DNA of 40,313 nucleotides from Neophaeotheca triangularis (taxonomy: Eukaryota). The notes under the pieces were generated by a model. The model was not told the DNA's origin and ran no database searches. It was given only the letters and a program-made list of their open reading frames with translations. Position 1 is the stretch's first letter. Each line of letters opens with the position of its first letter. Both the position numbers and the translations under genes were made by a program. Shown in pieces: positions 1-10,813 of this stretch. The DNA lies in contig BAAIJX010000050.1 in assembly GCA_054600435.1 (NCBI GenBank), positions 124,001-164,313 on the forward strand. Reading direction: 5' to 3'.

Positions 1-511
1 GAAGCCTAGGGCTGCGTCTCTACAAACAAAGCTCCTCTAAGTCACTGTCAACAATCCAAGAGACGCCAACTCTTTACCTAGTTAGAGCCCCCTAGAATAA
101 ATCAGTTCGAAAGGGAGGATATGCCAAGAACTATATACTCCTAAGCCTAGGCCTCTTATAGACATCCCACGATGCCGAGAAGCGCAAACAGAGATGTTGT
201 TGCATTAGAGCAAGGACCATCTCATAAGATACAAACTCTGTAGCACGAAGCTCCGAGTCACTTTTGCCTCACAACTCTCCGGCCTGTGGGGTCGGAGAAA
301 TGACGTTGGCGATTTTTGAGACGTTGCCAATCATCGTTCTCGGCCGAAACAAATACCCTAGCATTGTGCCGAACTCTGTAATTCTTTTTGCGGCAGTTCG
401 CATGTAGAGATCCCGATAGAGGTGGACTCTGCGCGAACTACTGAGAGGTGGCATCCTGTCGGGATCTGGGCACCCGGCGCGACTTTTGCTTAGCATACCT
501 AGGTAGGGGGC

Positions 512-1211
512 TTGTTGAGCCGCAAAATCCGATCAACTAGATCATCGTGCATCATCGTGCAATTGCGCAGATCAGCATTAATAACTCGCATGCTACTTAC
601 CTACACTCGACGGGACTCTGTTACGTACTATTTGGAAGGTCTGGCCACATCGGTAAGGGCGGAGCTGCAGCTGCAGCTGCCCAGGAGTGGCCGTATTCCG
701 GACAAAAGGCTTGCTCGGGAAGACTGGCCTAGGGGCCCTGATCGTCTACTTCTTTTTAGGAAGAGACCGACAATATGGCCAAAACGTTGTTGGGGCTCGA
801 CGACCACAAGTGACACCAGATAATTATGTTGGGCAGAGGAAACCAGGTAGCGAGAGTAGTCGTTAATACTTGACAGAGGTACGAGTCTACTTCTGACAGT
901 AGTACGTAGTAATAATATCAATGATTAATCTTTTATTATCATTCCATTTCACCAAACCAACGCGGCTTGTGGAGCAAGATCGATATTTCCCCTTGGGAGC
1001 ACCCCACAACGAATCGACGCTAAAACTTTACTTCATCATCACCATCCATTTCAGGTCAAGCAGTTGGACCTTGGAAGCCACTGGACAAAATTCAAATTCC
1101 ACAGTAAGCGATCGACAGCTGCTCCCGTTCCGCGTCAGCCAGACGATACACCGTACACGGCAGAGACCTGGGAGCTTTTGTAGACGAACTTCCAAGCTTA
1201 TTATGCGATGA
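512..1211 (+). pseudogene. Possible decayed (RIP-like) coding remnant
   Basis: Protein-like ORF fragments (512-823, 921-1211) are separated by a stretch with several in-frame TAA/TAG codons, in a region (1-1620) visibly rich in TpA/CTAG. No family is recognisable. Confidence 0.25.
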
Positions 1212-2368
1212 GAAGCCGGGAGAAGAGATTACTGGATGAATACCTAGTGTCGCTGCCGTGCGCCACTCACTAGGTAGCAGCGGGAGCGGCATTATTGTGT
1301 CTCAACGACAATAATCGGCCAGTTCTAGAAAAGATTCTCGGCCAGTTCGCAGCTTGTTGTTATCTCGAATTCGTCTATAAACCTCTTCCTGTCCGCCAAG
1401 ATGTTATGCGACCAAGAGTAGTAAGACAACCTTGGAAGGGCTACGAACGTGAAGAATAATACAAACTCCCCGAGTCCGCGCAAAGAAAGTGTACTAGGTA
1501 GTAGTAGTGTACCTCTAACCGCACTCGCTGCTAGAAATACTAACGATACCGGAAGCTTGGTAGTGTACCGTCTGTTGACCAACCCCAGCAACTGCACCTA
1601 GAGCGATAATAGTCAAGATTTGAAAATCTACAAGCATCATCATCTTCGGGACTTTTCTCTCTTAGCATGCATCCTACACCCATGTACCCTGCTCATCGAT
1701 AACTCAGTCCGCCAACAGTTGCTTTGCCTTCGTCGCAATGACGGACATGCGATTCGCCTCTCGCAGCTTCATCCTTGCTTACCATGCCTGTACATATCCC
1801 AAAGTGGGCAGCGTAACGAGCCAAAACGTCAGCAAGCCTCCCAACTCGTGCTTTTCATTACACAAATGCCACGATGTCGCTGAGTTATTCCCCAACAACG
1901 GGCCAATCTAACTGGCTGACTATTCTACGAGAACCCATTGAGCTTGCTTCTATTTGTGCAACAGACTGGTTAGACAAGTGTACCGCCGCCTCGCTTCCTC
2001 ATGGGCGGGTCCACAACGCATCCAATATCGCAGAATCTCAGCTCGATATCCTTCATGTAGGTCCTAGGGCATTGCCAGTCCTCTTTCCACTTTCTCCCTT
2101 CGAGCCCTACTTCGACAAGACGGCAGTTTACTTAAGATTATTGCGTCCTCGGCGTAAAGCAAGATACGCCAGCTCGAGCCACAGCGGCACTGGTCGAAGC
2201 CTTCTTTTAGAAAGGAATCTGTCTTCCCAAACTTTCCTCTGCTCTGCTCTGCACTCTCTTCCGGAACTGCCTCCGCCACTCGAGCAGCCTTGACTTATCC
2301 CCTCTTTCTGGATCAACTGGATCGCAACGAATCCTGGAAAGCTCTGGTCTACTCGGTACAACGTCATT

Positions 2369-4697
2369 ATGCCTTCCCTTCGGAACGGTTTCGCGCATGC
2401 GCTCCACGCGACAGGACGCATGTCGGGCGATACCTGGGGGTGCAACGATGCGGGGATGGCCGACAGTGCGTCTCAATCACGACTGCCGCCTCAGTGGGCG
2501 AATTACAGGCTAACAATACGCAGAGCTTCGTGAAAATCGCTTGTCTGAACTTGGAACATCCAAGCAACAAGCTTTTCCTGATTACATGACCAACAACCCC
2601 ATGCCCCACGGCAAACCGTGGGGACAAATGACCTCCAAGAACACGAACTACTACAGCCATCGTCCTGAGACGGGTACAACGCGCTACTACGACTGGACTG
2701 TCTCCAAAGTCAACGCATCACCGGATGGAGTCCAGGTTCCTATGCTGCTCGTCAATGATCAATACCCTGGGCCTACCATCGAAGCCAACTGGGGAGACTG
2801 GATCGAGGTGAAGCTGTACAACAACATCAGTGACGAGGGCACAGGTATTCATTGGCACGGTAACCTCCAGCAAGAGACACCTTACATGGATGGTGTACCT
2901 GGCGTCGGACAATGCCCGATTGCCCCCGGCAGCTCTTTCACGTACAGATTCAAGGCCGATCTTTATGGATCCTCTTGGTGGCACAGGTATGTCACAAGCT
3001 GTTACTATGGTGGCGCTTGACCCGTTCTAACATTTATAAGTCATTACGAAGCCCAGTATGGATCTGGGATGATCGGTCCAATGGTCATCTACGGACCCAA
3101 GAACATGGACTATGACATCGACGTTGGGCCCATCATGATCAACGACTTCTACCATTCCTATTACCAACCGATCGAAGAAGGCATCCTCTCTGTACCGGTA
3201 GAGGTCCCTTTCAGCAGCAATGTCCTCATCAACGGCAAAGGAACCTTTAACTGTAGTGACACTGACCTCCCATGCGAGGAGCACGCGCCGCTTCCCAGCT
3301 TCAACTTCACATCGGGCAAGGTCCACCGCCTTCGTCTGATCAACCCCTCCTCGTTTGCAGTACACAAAATCACCATCGACGGCATGAAGTTTAAGGTCAT
3401 CGCCAATGACTTTGTCGAGCTTGAGCCGTACGAGACTGATGTTATCACCCTTGCCGTCGGGCAACGATCGGATGTGCTTGTCTATGGTGATGGCGAACCT
3501 ACCGATTCGACTTGGCTCCGTGCGTGGATGAGCCCTGCATGTTCGCCCACCACAGCAGGCTACAGGGAGATGAAGGCAGCAATCTTTTACGAAGACGCCG
3601 ACCGCTCGCAACAGCCGACGACCGAACCCGGACCGAATGCCTACAACAACTACTGCGGTAACGATCCCCTCGAGCAGACAGTCCCCTACTACCCTCTTGG
3701 CTTCGAAGAGAACCCACCCGTGACCGAGGTTCTTCCCATCGAGCTCAAGAGCAACGGCAGCTCCATCATTTGGTACATGGCAAATCGCACAGCGCGCGTC
3801 AACTTCAACGAGCCCACCTTGCGCCAGGCTGAGACGGGTAACCTTGACTTCGAATATATTGAGAACGTGCACAACTACGGCGACAACAGCAGCATCCGCT
3901 TTATCGTGCAAAACACTGGCTTCCAGCCGCATCCTATGCATTTGCACGGCCACAACATGCAGATTCTCGCCGAAGGTCCTTGTACTGACAACAACACTGT
4001 CTTCCCGGATGGCAGCCCCATTCCCCCGGCTGTCATTCAAGGTGGTAACGCTGTGCCCAATGGGCCCGATCCGTTTGAAGAGCTGAACCGCGACGCCAAT
4101 GATGCAGCACCTGCAGCGGGACCACCCAGCAAGCGCGAAGCCAGCCCCTGGGGCAACCATGGTGGCAACGGCAACTACCAAGGCGGTGGCTCTGGCTCTG
4201 GGCATGGTGTTCATCAGAACCACCGCAACGGAGACCGCAGCGCCCAACAGTCCAGCTACAATGACAACAATAACGACAACGAAAACTCCGACGACAACTG
4301 CAACACCTCCGACCCAGCGGGCTGCGCACCACCCACAGCCTCCACCGTTCCCTTGCCCAACGCAAACAACACAGCCTCCGAAACCATGCAAACCTACGGC
4401 ATGTGCTGGGACGGTCACGTCACCAACCCCTCGAACCCCCAACGCCGCGATGTGCAAATGCTGCTCCCGGGCCACTACATCGTCGTGCAATGGAAGCAAG
4501 ACAACCCCGGCATCTGGCCATTCCACTGTCACATCGCGTGGCATCTGAGCGCAGGTTTCGTGTGGAATGTGCTCGAGGACCCGGCGGGGATCGCGAAACA
4601 GCATCCGGTTATTCCCGAGGTGCTGGAGCAGACTTGCCGGGATTGGGATCTCTGGACGCAGAACAATAGGCCTGATCAGATTGGCGATGGCATTTGA
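2369..4697 (+). CDS. Laccase-like multicopper oxidase (AA1), ~738 aa; exons 2369-2465, 2524-2986, 3041-4697
   Basis: All four copper-binding signatures are present: IHWHG, WWHSH (formed across intron 2, AG|T), HPMHLHGH and HCHIAWHLSAGF. Introns 2466-2523 (GTGCGT...GCTAAC...CAG) and 2987-3040 (GTATGT...TCTAAC...AAG) keep the frame. Exon 1 and the start codon are less certain than the rest. Confidence 0.95.
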
Positions 4698-5299
4698 GAG
4701 GGATGTGGTGAGATAGGGTGGAGGATGGTGGGTGGGGAGAGGGTAGCAGTGGCGCTGGGGGGTTTTGGTTGGAAAGGGGGAGGCTTTTTTTTTTCTGTTT
4801 TCTTTTTTCGTATACCTCTTGGACGCGGTTCAAAGGCTTTTCTCGCTACATAGCACGCACCTTCGACTGGGGCTGCATTTGTTGGTGTTTGGGCGGGTAT
4901 GAGGTAGACGACGGTCTTGCTGGCGGCGTTTCAATAGATTCAGATTTGAAAAAAAAGTGAACTACATCAGGACTGTCAGCCTCGTTCCTCGTGACTTGTA
5001 GAAATGTTGCATCGTTCAACAACTTACCTAGGTATGTCTCTCAAGGTGAATGTTTAATAATGCTACTACTGTAGGTTGTGCGTTTTCAGGCTGTCAGGCA
5101 TGAATCTTCTGGCAGATTCCAATCCCGAACTTCCCGAACCGCCGCCACCTCGAGCTCTGCTAGGTAGAGTAGTAACTAGACTGCTACAACAGTGACGCAA
5201 GCAAGCTTTGTCTACATATCCACGACCTCCTCGTCACCAACTTCCTTCTCCTCCTTTGTTCATCCATCGACATACAACTCTCGGGCCACACGCATCAAA

Positions 5300-6358
5300 A
5301 TGGCCTTCGTACTACGGCGACCCTTCGCCATCGCCAGCGCCATCCAAAAGGCGGCGCCACAAACCACCAACCAAACCCTCCGAAGCTTCCAAACCCAAGC
5401 GCAAAACACCACCACCAAAACCGCCTTCTCCCACCCATTCACCGCCAAATCGCCCGTCGCATCCCTACGAACCCTCAACACCAACCAGAATGTCTTTCGC
5501 AGGGCCTTCCACAGCTCCTCTCGCCGGGGCTACCAATCTCAAGCGCCCTCAAACCCCCTCGCCCAGGGCAATCTCACTCAACGCCTCCTTTACGGCGGCG
5601 CCATCTTCGGCGGCACTGTCCTCGCTATCAACATGATCTTCAACCGCGAAACCCGCGAAGACGGTGGAATGCCACCCTTTGAGCGCAGCTACCTCAACGA
5701 CACCTTCCTACACACTGGCCTGGGCATCGGCATCATTGGCGTTGCGGCTCGCGCTCTCCACATGAACGGCTGGAGCTACAGACTGATGTCGGCGAACCCC
5801 TGGCTCGTGCTGGGCGTCGGGCTCGTCGGTTCCATCGGCACCATGATGGGCTGCCGCATGACCTCCCCAGACAACTACGTAGTCAAGTACGGTCTCTGGG
5901 CAGCTTTCAACCTAACGCAAGCCGCGCTGCTGTCGCCGCTCATGTTCTTCTCCCCGGCCATCCTCGCACGCGCAGGCCTTTACACAGTCGGCATGATGGG
6001 CTCGATCGCTTTCGTAGGCGCGACAGCCAAGCAGGAAAAATACCTTTACCTCGGCGGCCCGCTGTTGGCGGGCGTGGCCATTGTCGCGCTGAGCGGTCTC
6101 GCGCCCATGGTCATCCCCGCTACCGCTGCCAGGACTCTGATGTGGACCGAGAACATTTGGTTGTACGGTGGCTTGGCGGTCTTTGGCGGGTTCACGCTTT
6201 ATGATATCCAAAAGATTCTCGCGCATGCGCGCATGGCCGAGAGGGGTATGATGAGGAGGGATACCGTGAACGAGTGTATTAGCTTGGAGCTGGACTTTAT
6301 CAACATCTTCGTGAGGATGGTGCAGATTTTGGCGCTGCAGCAGGGCAGGAGGAAGTAG
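5300..6358 (+). CDS. Bax inhibitor-1 (TMBIM) family membrane protein, GHITM/TMBIM5-like, with a mitochondrial presequence; intronless, 352 aa
   Basis: First ATG in the ORF is at 5300 (aaaATGG). The N-terminus is Arg/Ser/Thr-rich and lacks acidic residues. Multiple hydrophobic helices follow, ending in the TMBIM-type motifs FTLYDIQKI and ISLELDFINIF. Confidence 0.9.
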   Translation: MAFVLRRPFAIASAIQKAAPQTTNQTLRSFQTQAQNTTTKTAFSHPFTAKSPVASLRTLNTNQNVFRRAFHSSSRRGYQSQAPSNPLAQGNLTQRLLYGGAIFGGTVLAINMIFNRETREDGGMPPFERSYLNDTFLHTGLGIGIIGVAARALHMNGWSYRLMSANPWLVLGVGLVGSIGTMMGCRMTSPDNYVVKYGLWAAFNLTQAALLSPLMFFSPAILARAGLYTVGMMGSIAFVGATAKQEKYLYLGGPLLAGVAIVALSGLAPMVIPATAARTLMWTENIWLYGGLAVFGGFTLYDIQKILAHARMAERGMMRRDTVNECISLELDFINIFVRMVQILALQQGRRK

Positions 6359-7203
6359 ATTGGCTGAATAGTTGTGTGGATAGCGGGGACGAGAGGAGGT
6401 TTGAAGAGTGGTACCTAGCGGCATGTTTATGGAGTACTTGAGGCTCCTTTTTTATTTTTATCTCTGCTACACGTAGCTATAGTTGTGGCATTATTACTGA
6501 CGATCTCAGCTCTGATTGCATTGCTTTTCTACGACCATCTACAGTTACTGGGCGTCAACCTCGATTCCACGGCAAAACATCCGCCTGCGTTTGGAGGGAT
6601 CCGCCAGTATCCGATTGTTCCAAAGTGAAAGCAAGCCACATCCGACATCGCAGCTCGGCGATAGGGTTTGATTCGCGCATGGCAACGTCACGTTAAAGGC
6701 ATACAAACTTACCGCGAGACATCATCACTTTTACCACGTTTGTTCCATGCAGAGACGTCTTTTCCTGCAGCTTGGACGGGCCTTATCTGGCAATGATAAT
6801 GTACTAGTACCTTATAGTCAAGGTACGGCCATGGTAATGTCATCATGCGTTCCGCTATTCGGCCGGTTTCCTGCCTACCACCGCATGCCAGGTACAAGAA
6901 CGATGCCCTGTTGATAATGCTTCCTTCCTTCTTCCCTCTACCCGCCTCGTTGGTTCCGTTTCTTCTCCCGCCCGGTGTGTGTGTGTTTGTTTTATGCTTG
7001 TCTTTTGAAGATCTGTGATGATTGTCTGTTCATCTCTCTAGCAATCTACTACAACAACTACACCTGTTACACCTCATCGCCAACAGTCACCTAGCATTCG
7101 TTACCTGAACATATCTGTCACTATCGGCATTCCTCACGTACTAATCGGAACCCCCGCCTGCTAAACACTATCCCACCTATTCATCCTATCAACTTCGTCC
7201 AAA

Positions 7204-9390
7204 ATGTGCGGCATCTCGTGTATCCTCAGCCAAGATCATCCGAGCCATACCGGCTCCAGACCGGCCGCCAACGGCACAGTGCCAAACGGCTTCCACAGCA
7301 AACACGAAGCCACTCGAAACGCCATATCTCGCGAACTCGACGCCTCTCTGGATCAGATCCGTCACCGCGGGCCCGATAGTCGCGGGCAGTGGATTAGCGA
7401 TGACAACCGAGTCGGTCCTCTGCTCTCCTCTCCCCTGCCTCAGTCCGCGCACTCTCAAAGAAATCCTCACTAACGCGTTCTTCCCACAGCTCTCGGCCAC
7501 GTAAGACTTTCCATCAATGACCTCTCTCCTGAAGGCGCACAGCCTTTTCACTCCCCCAATGGCAAAATCCATGCAGTCGTCAATGGCGAATTCTACGACT
7601 ACGACCGCATCCGAGCCGAGCTTGAGAAACCGCAAGACGGCAGCCCCGGTTATCACTTCGCCAGCCACTCCGATTCTGAACTCTCGATAGCTCTGTACCT
7701 CCGCTACGGCCAAGATTTCGTCCAGCACCTGCGAGGCGAGTTCGCCTGTATAATCTACGACGAACCTCGGCAGCTCTTCCTCGCGGCTAGAGATCGGTAT
7801 GGCATCAAGCCCCTCTTCTGGACGCAGCAGAATGGTCGCTTGCTGCTGAGTGCCGAGATGAAGGGGTTTCTGCCGCTTGGCTGGCAGCCTGAGTGGGATG
7901 TGCGGAGTTTGAAGGACGCTGGGTGGAATTGCGATCAGCGGACTGTATTCAAGGGGGTGCGGAAAATTCGACCAGGGCATTTGCTAGTCTGCCAGAGTTT
8001 TGGTGGCGTTACTGAGCAGCCGTATTGGGATATGGAGTTTCCTGACAAGCGGGTTGTCAATCCTATTACCCCTGAGGAGGCCATTGAGGGGGTGAGGGAG
8101 CGGATGTTGCATGCCATCCGTCTTCGCCTGCGTGCTGACGTTCCTGTTGGCATTTATCTCTCTGGTGGCATCGATTCGAGTGTTATTGCCGGTATGGTCG
8201 AGCATCTTGTGCGCACTGAAAAGCTGTCGATGGGTTCTGTCGACGCCGACTCGAAGATTGCCGCTTTCAGCATCGCCTTTAACGAAGACTCCGGCTTCGA
8301 CGAGAGCAGCATCGCCAACCGCACAGCAGATTGGCTGGGAGTCAAGTACTACAAGAAACATATGAGCGAAGCAGAGCTGGCCAGACGCTTCGAAGACGCC
8401 GTCTGGCACTGCGAACACCACAATCCAGACCTCAACTTTGTCGGCAAATACGCACTTAGTGAAGTGCCAGCTGAGCACGGCTACAAAGTCGTCCTCACCG
8501 GTGAAGGCGCCGACGAGCACTTTGGCGGCTACCCAACCTATCTCTCCGACTTCCTACGCGAATCCGATGACTCTTGGCCCGCTCACAACCCTCTCCCCGA
8601 ACCCCTTCGCCAAGCACACTTCGACAAAGCCGAAGCACAAGCAAAAGCCTACTACGAAAGCGTCGGCGCCGATAGCAGCACGCGCGGCCCTTCCCTCGCA
8701 CGCCGCACTCTCAATAACATCTCCACCGTCAGCAGCATGGCGGCCTTCCAACCGGACCTCTTCAGCCCTTGGACTGCCCCCACCTACGGCGCCACAGACC
8801 CACAAGAAACAATCGCCACCTCGCACCCCGGCCTCATCCGCCAAAAGATCCAACACTCCTGGCACCCCCTCCACTCCGCACAATACGTCTGGGCCAAAGC
8901 CCACCTGCCCAACATCTTCCTCACCTGCCTGGGTGACCGCACGGAAATGGCCCACAGCATCGAAGCCCGCACGCCCCTCCTCGACCACGAACTGACCCAA
9001 TACGTCAACGCCCTCCCCCCAGCTTCCAAAATCCACTACGACCCGGCCACCGACGATTTTGTAGAGAAGTGGCTCCTGCGGGAAGCCGCCAAGCCGTTTA
9101 TCACCCGCGAGCTGTATTCGCGCAAGAAACACCCATACTCGGCGCCCACGGCCTATCCCGTGGACGGGCCGCTGATGCGGGTTTTGGGGGGTTTGGTCAC
9201 GAAGGAAGCGGTTGAGCAACTGGGGTTTGTGGAGTGGAGGAAGTGTGAGGGGTTGGTTGGCAGGGCTTTTGGGGCCGACGCTGATCCCGGGGCGTTGAGG
9301 CTGTTGCTGCTGGTTGCGGAGTGGGTTGTTCTTTCGAAGAGGTTTGGGGTTAAGAGGGCGGGGCCTGAGGTGGTGGTCGGGGAGGTTTAG
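7204..9390 (+). CDS. Asparagine synthetase-like glutamine amidotransferase (AsnB family), ~703 aa; exons 7204-7414, 7490-9390
   Basis: N-terminal Ntn nucleophile MCGI, followed by HRGPD, GHVRLSINDL (restored by splicing), VNGEFY, RDRYGIKP, the PP-loop LSGGIDSS, LTGEGADE and DRTEMAHSIEARTP. Intron 7415-7489 has a CACTAAC branch point and CAG acceptor but a weak GTCCTC donor. Confidence 0.93.
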
Positions 9391-9541
9391 GCGTGGGTTG
9401 TTTGTGGAGTATCCGGCGTGTAGGGGTGGGGGGTTTACCGGTGGAGTAACGGGTATAGCATTCCTTGGGAGGTTTGGCTGACCACGAAGTTTGGGATTGG
9501 CTGGGAGAGTGGCAGAGATGGTTCATGGCGGTGTTTTTGCT

Positions 9542-10813
9542 TTACAACCGTAGTTTTGCGAACATGGTAAGGTAGGCTTTTCCTTCTTGCTCGGCCACTT
9601 GCTTTCTTCCCCTTCCCCTCGTCCCGCTTGTCGTCTTTCTGTTGCTAGCTCGTCTCTGTTGCTTCTTTCCCTTGACCACTTCCGCTACCGACCATGTAAG
9701 CCCTCCTAGGTCGCGCTCATCACTGCGGCAGGCTACTGCCGATCTGTCCGATAATCGGACCAACGCTACAGTCCAGGCTTAACAGCCAATCCATAACTTC
9801 CCGGACCCCCTAAGCGAGCGCGGCAGGTGGTTTGCGACCCCGTCCCGGAGCACTGAAGCAAGCCGCAAGCCTTCACCAGTGGCAAAACCTCCCTCTCCAA
9901 CCCCTATCGAACATCTGACCGTCGCGCTCCTCCAAACCAGCGGCCCACGCGGCACTAGACCGCCGCTCAGAACGGACGGACACAGTGGAACTCGCGAACG
10001 AACCTGGGATCAGCAAGTCGAAGACTCGACAGCCGTCTTAGTTCATCTTCCCTCCTCTGAGTCTGGCTGAAGAAGCGAGAGGGAAGTGAGTGAGTGGGTG
10101 TTTAAACGGCTGAGATCAATTCCCCTGGCTTAGCTCAGAGGGCATCAAGGCAGGTACTCTCGCTCCCTTTGTCACTGAACCTCGTTTTTCGCGATGTCCA
10201 AGTTACAGTTGCGCTTTTGTGCTTTTGCTTCTTGTTCGTTTGTCGTTGGCTTTTGAACCTTGGGCTGTGCGTGTCGTTTTCTCTTGAAAACTTTTGGCTT
10301 GCCGCCTTCTTTGCTTCCCTCGCTTGCTTGGCTTCTGCCTTTCTCGTTCTCGCTACATATCGTTGCTACTACGCTAGGTGTGGACTCCCCTCTTGCGTTT
10401 CTGGGTCGCGTTTCTGTGGGTGAGGGCTATGCGGTAGGTCTGTGGACTTTGTTGAGTATGCACCCGGGTGTTTGGAAAGAGGCTAGGGTATCCCTGTGGG
10501 CTCGCGGCTCGTTTTGGAAGATTTTGGGATGTTTGAACGACCGTTCGGTCGGGTCGATTTTTGGGTGGGTGTTTGACGAGGTAGGTGAGGAATCTTTTAA
10601 CAGAGAAGGGGACGGGTTGTGTGGATTTTTCCAGTTCGCGCTGAGTCTTACCCTCTCTTTTTGGCTTGCATGACTGCCTTTCTCTTGCTCTCGACTGGTA
10701 ATGAAAATTCGAAGAAGTTTACGGCGGTTTATGTGATGGAGGATCTGATCGATGCTCGCTGGGCTCGTTGTGGAAGGGCGTCTGTTCACCTGTGTGCGTG
10801 AATCCGTTGGCAT
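9542..10813 (-). pseudogene. Possible decayed lineage-specific gene (basic, Lys/Arg/Glu-rich fragments)
   Basis: ORF 10813-10427 ends in TAG, but the same frame continues with protein-like sequence (PSPTETRPRNARGE...KVFKRKRHAQPK). More fragments follow down to 9542. No recognisable domain. Confidence 0.25.

Noticed and set aside
3027..4604. 525-aa minus-strand ORF, and similar long antisense ORFs at 7189-7980, 8554-9219, 28388-29223 and 39217-39693
   Set aside because: These are shadows of real genes with strong codon bias. They have no motifs of their own.
5192..5299. GTG/TTG-initiated N-terminal extensions in the ORF track (also at 2541, 7840, 23351, 25875 and 32059)
   Set aside because: These are artefacts of prokaryote-style start calling. 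The eukaryotic models use ATG and splicing.
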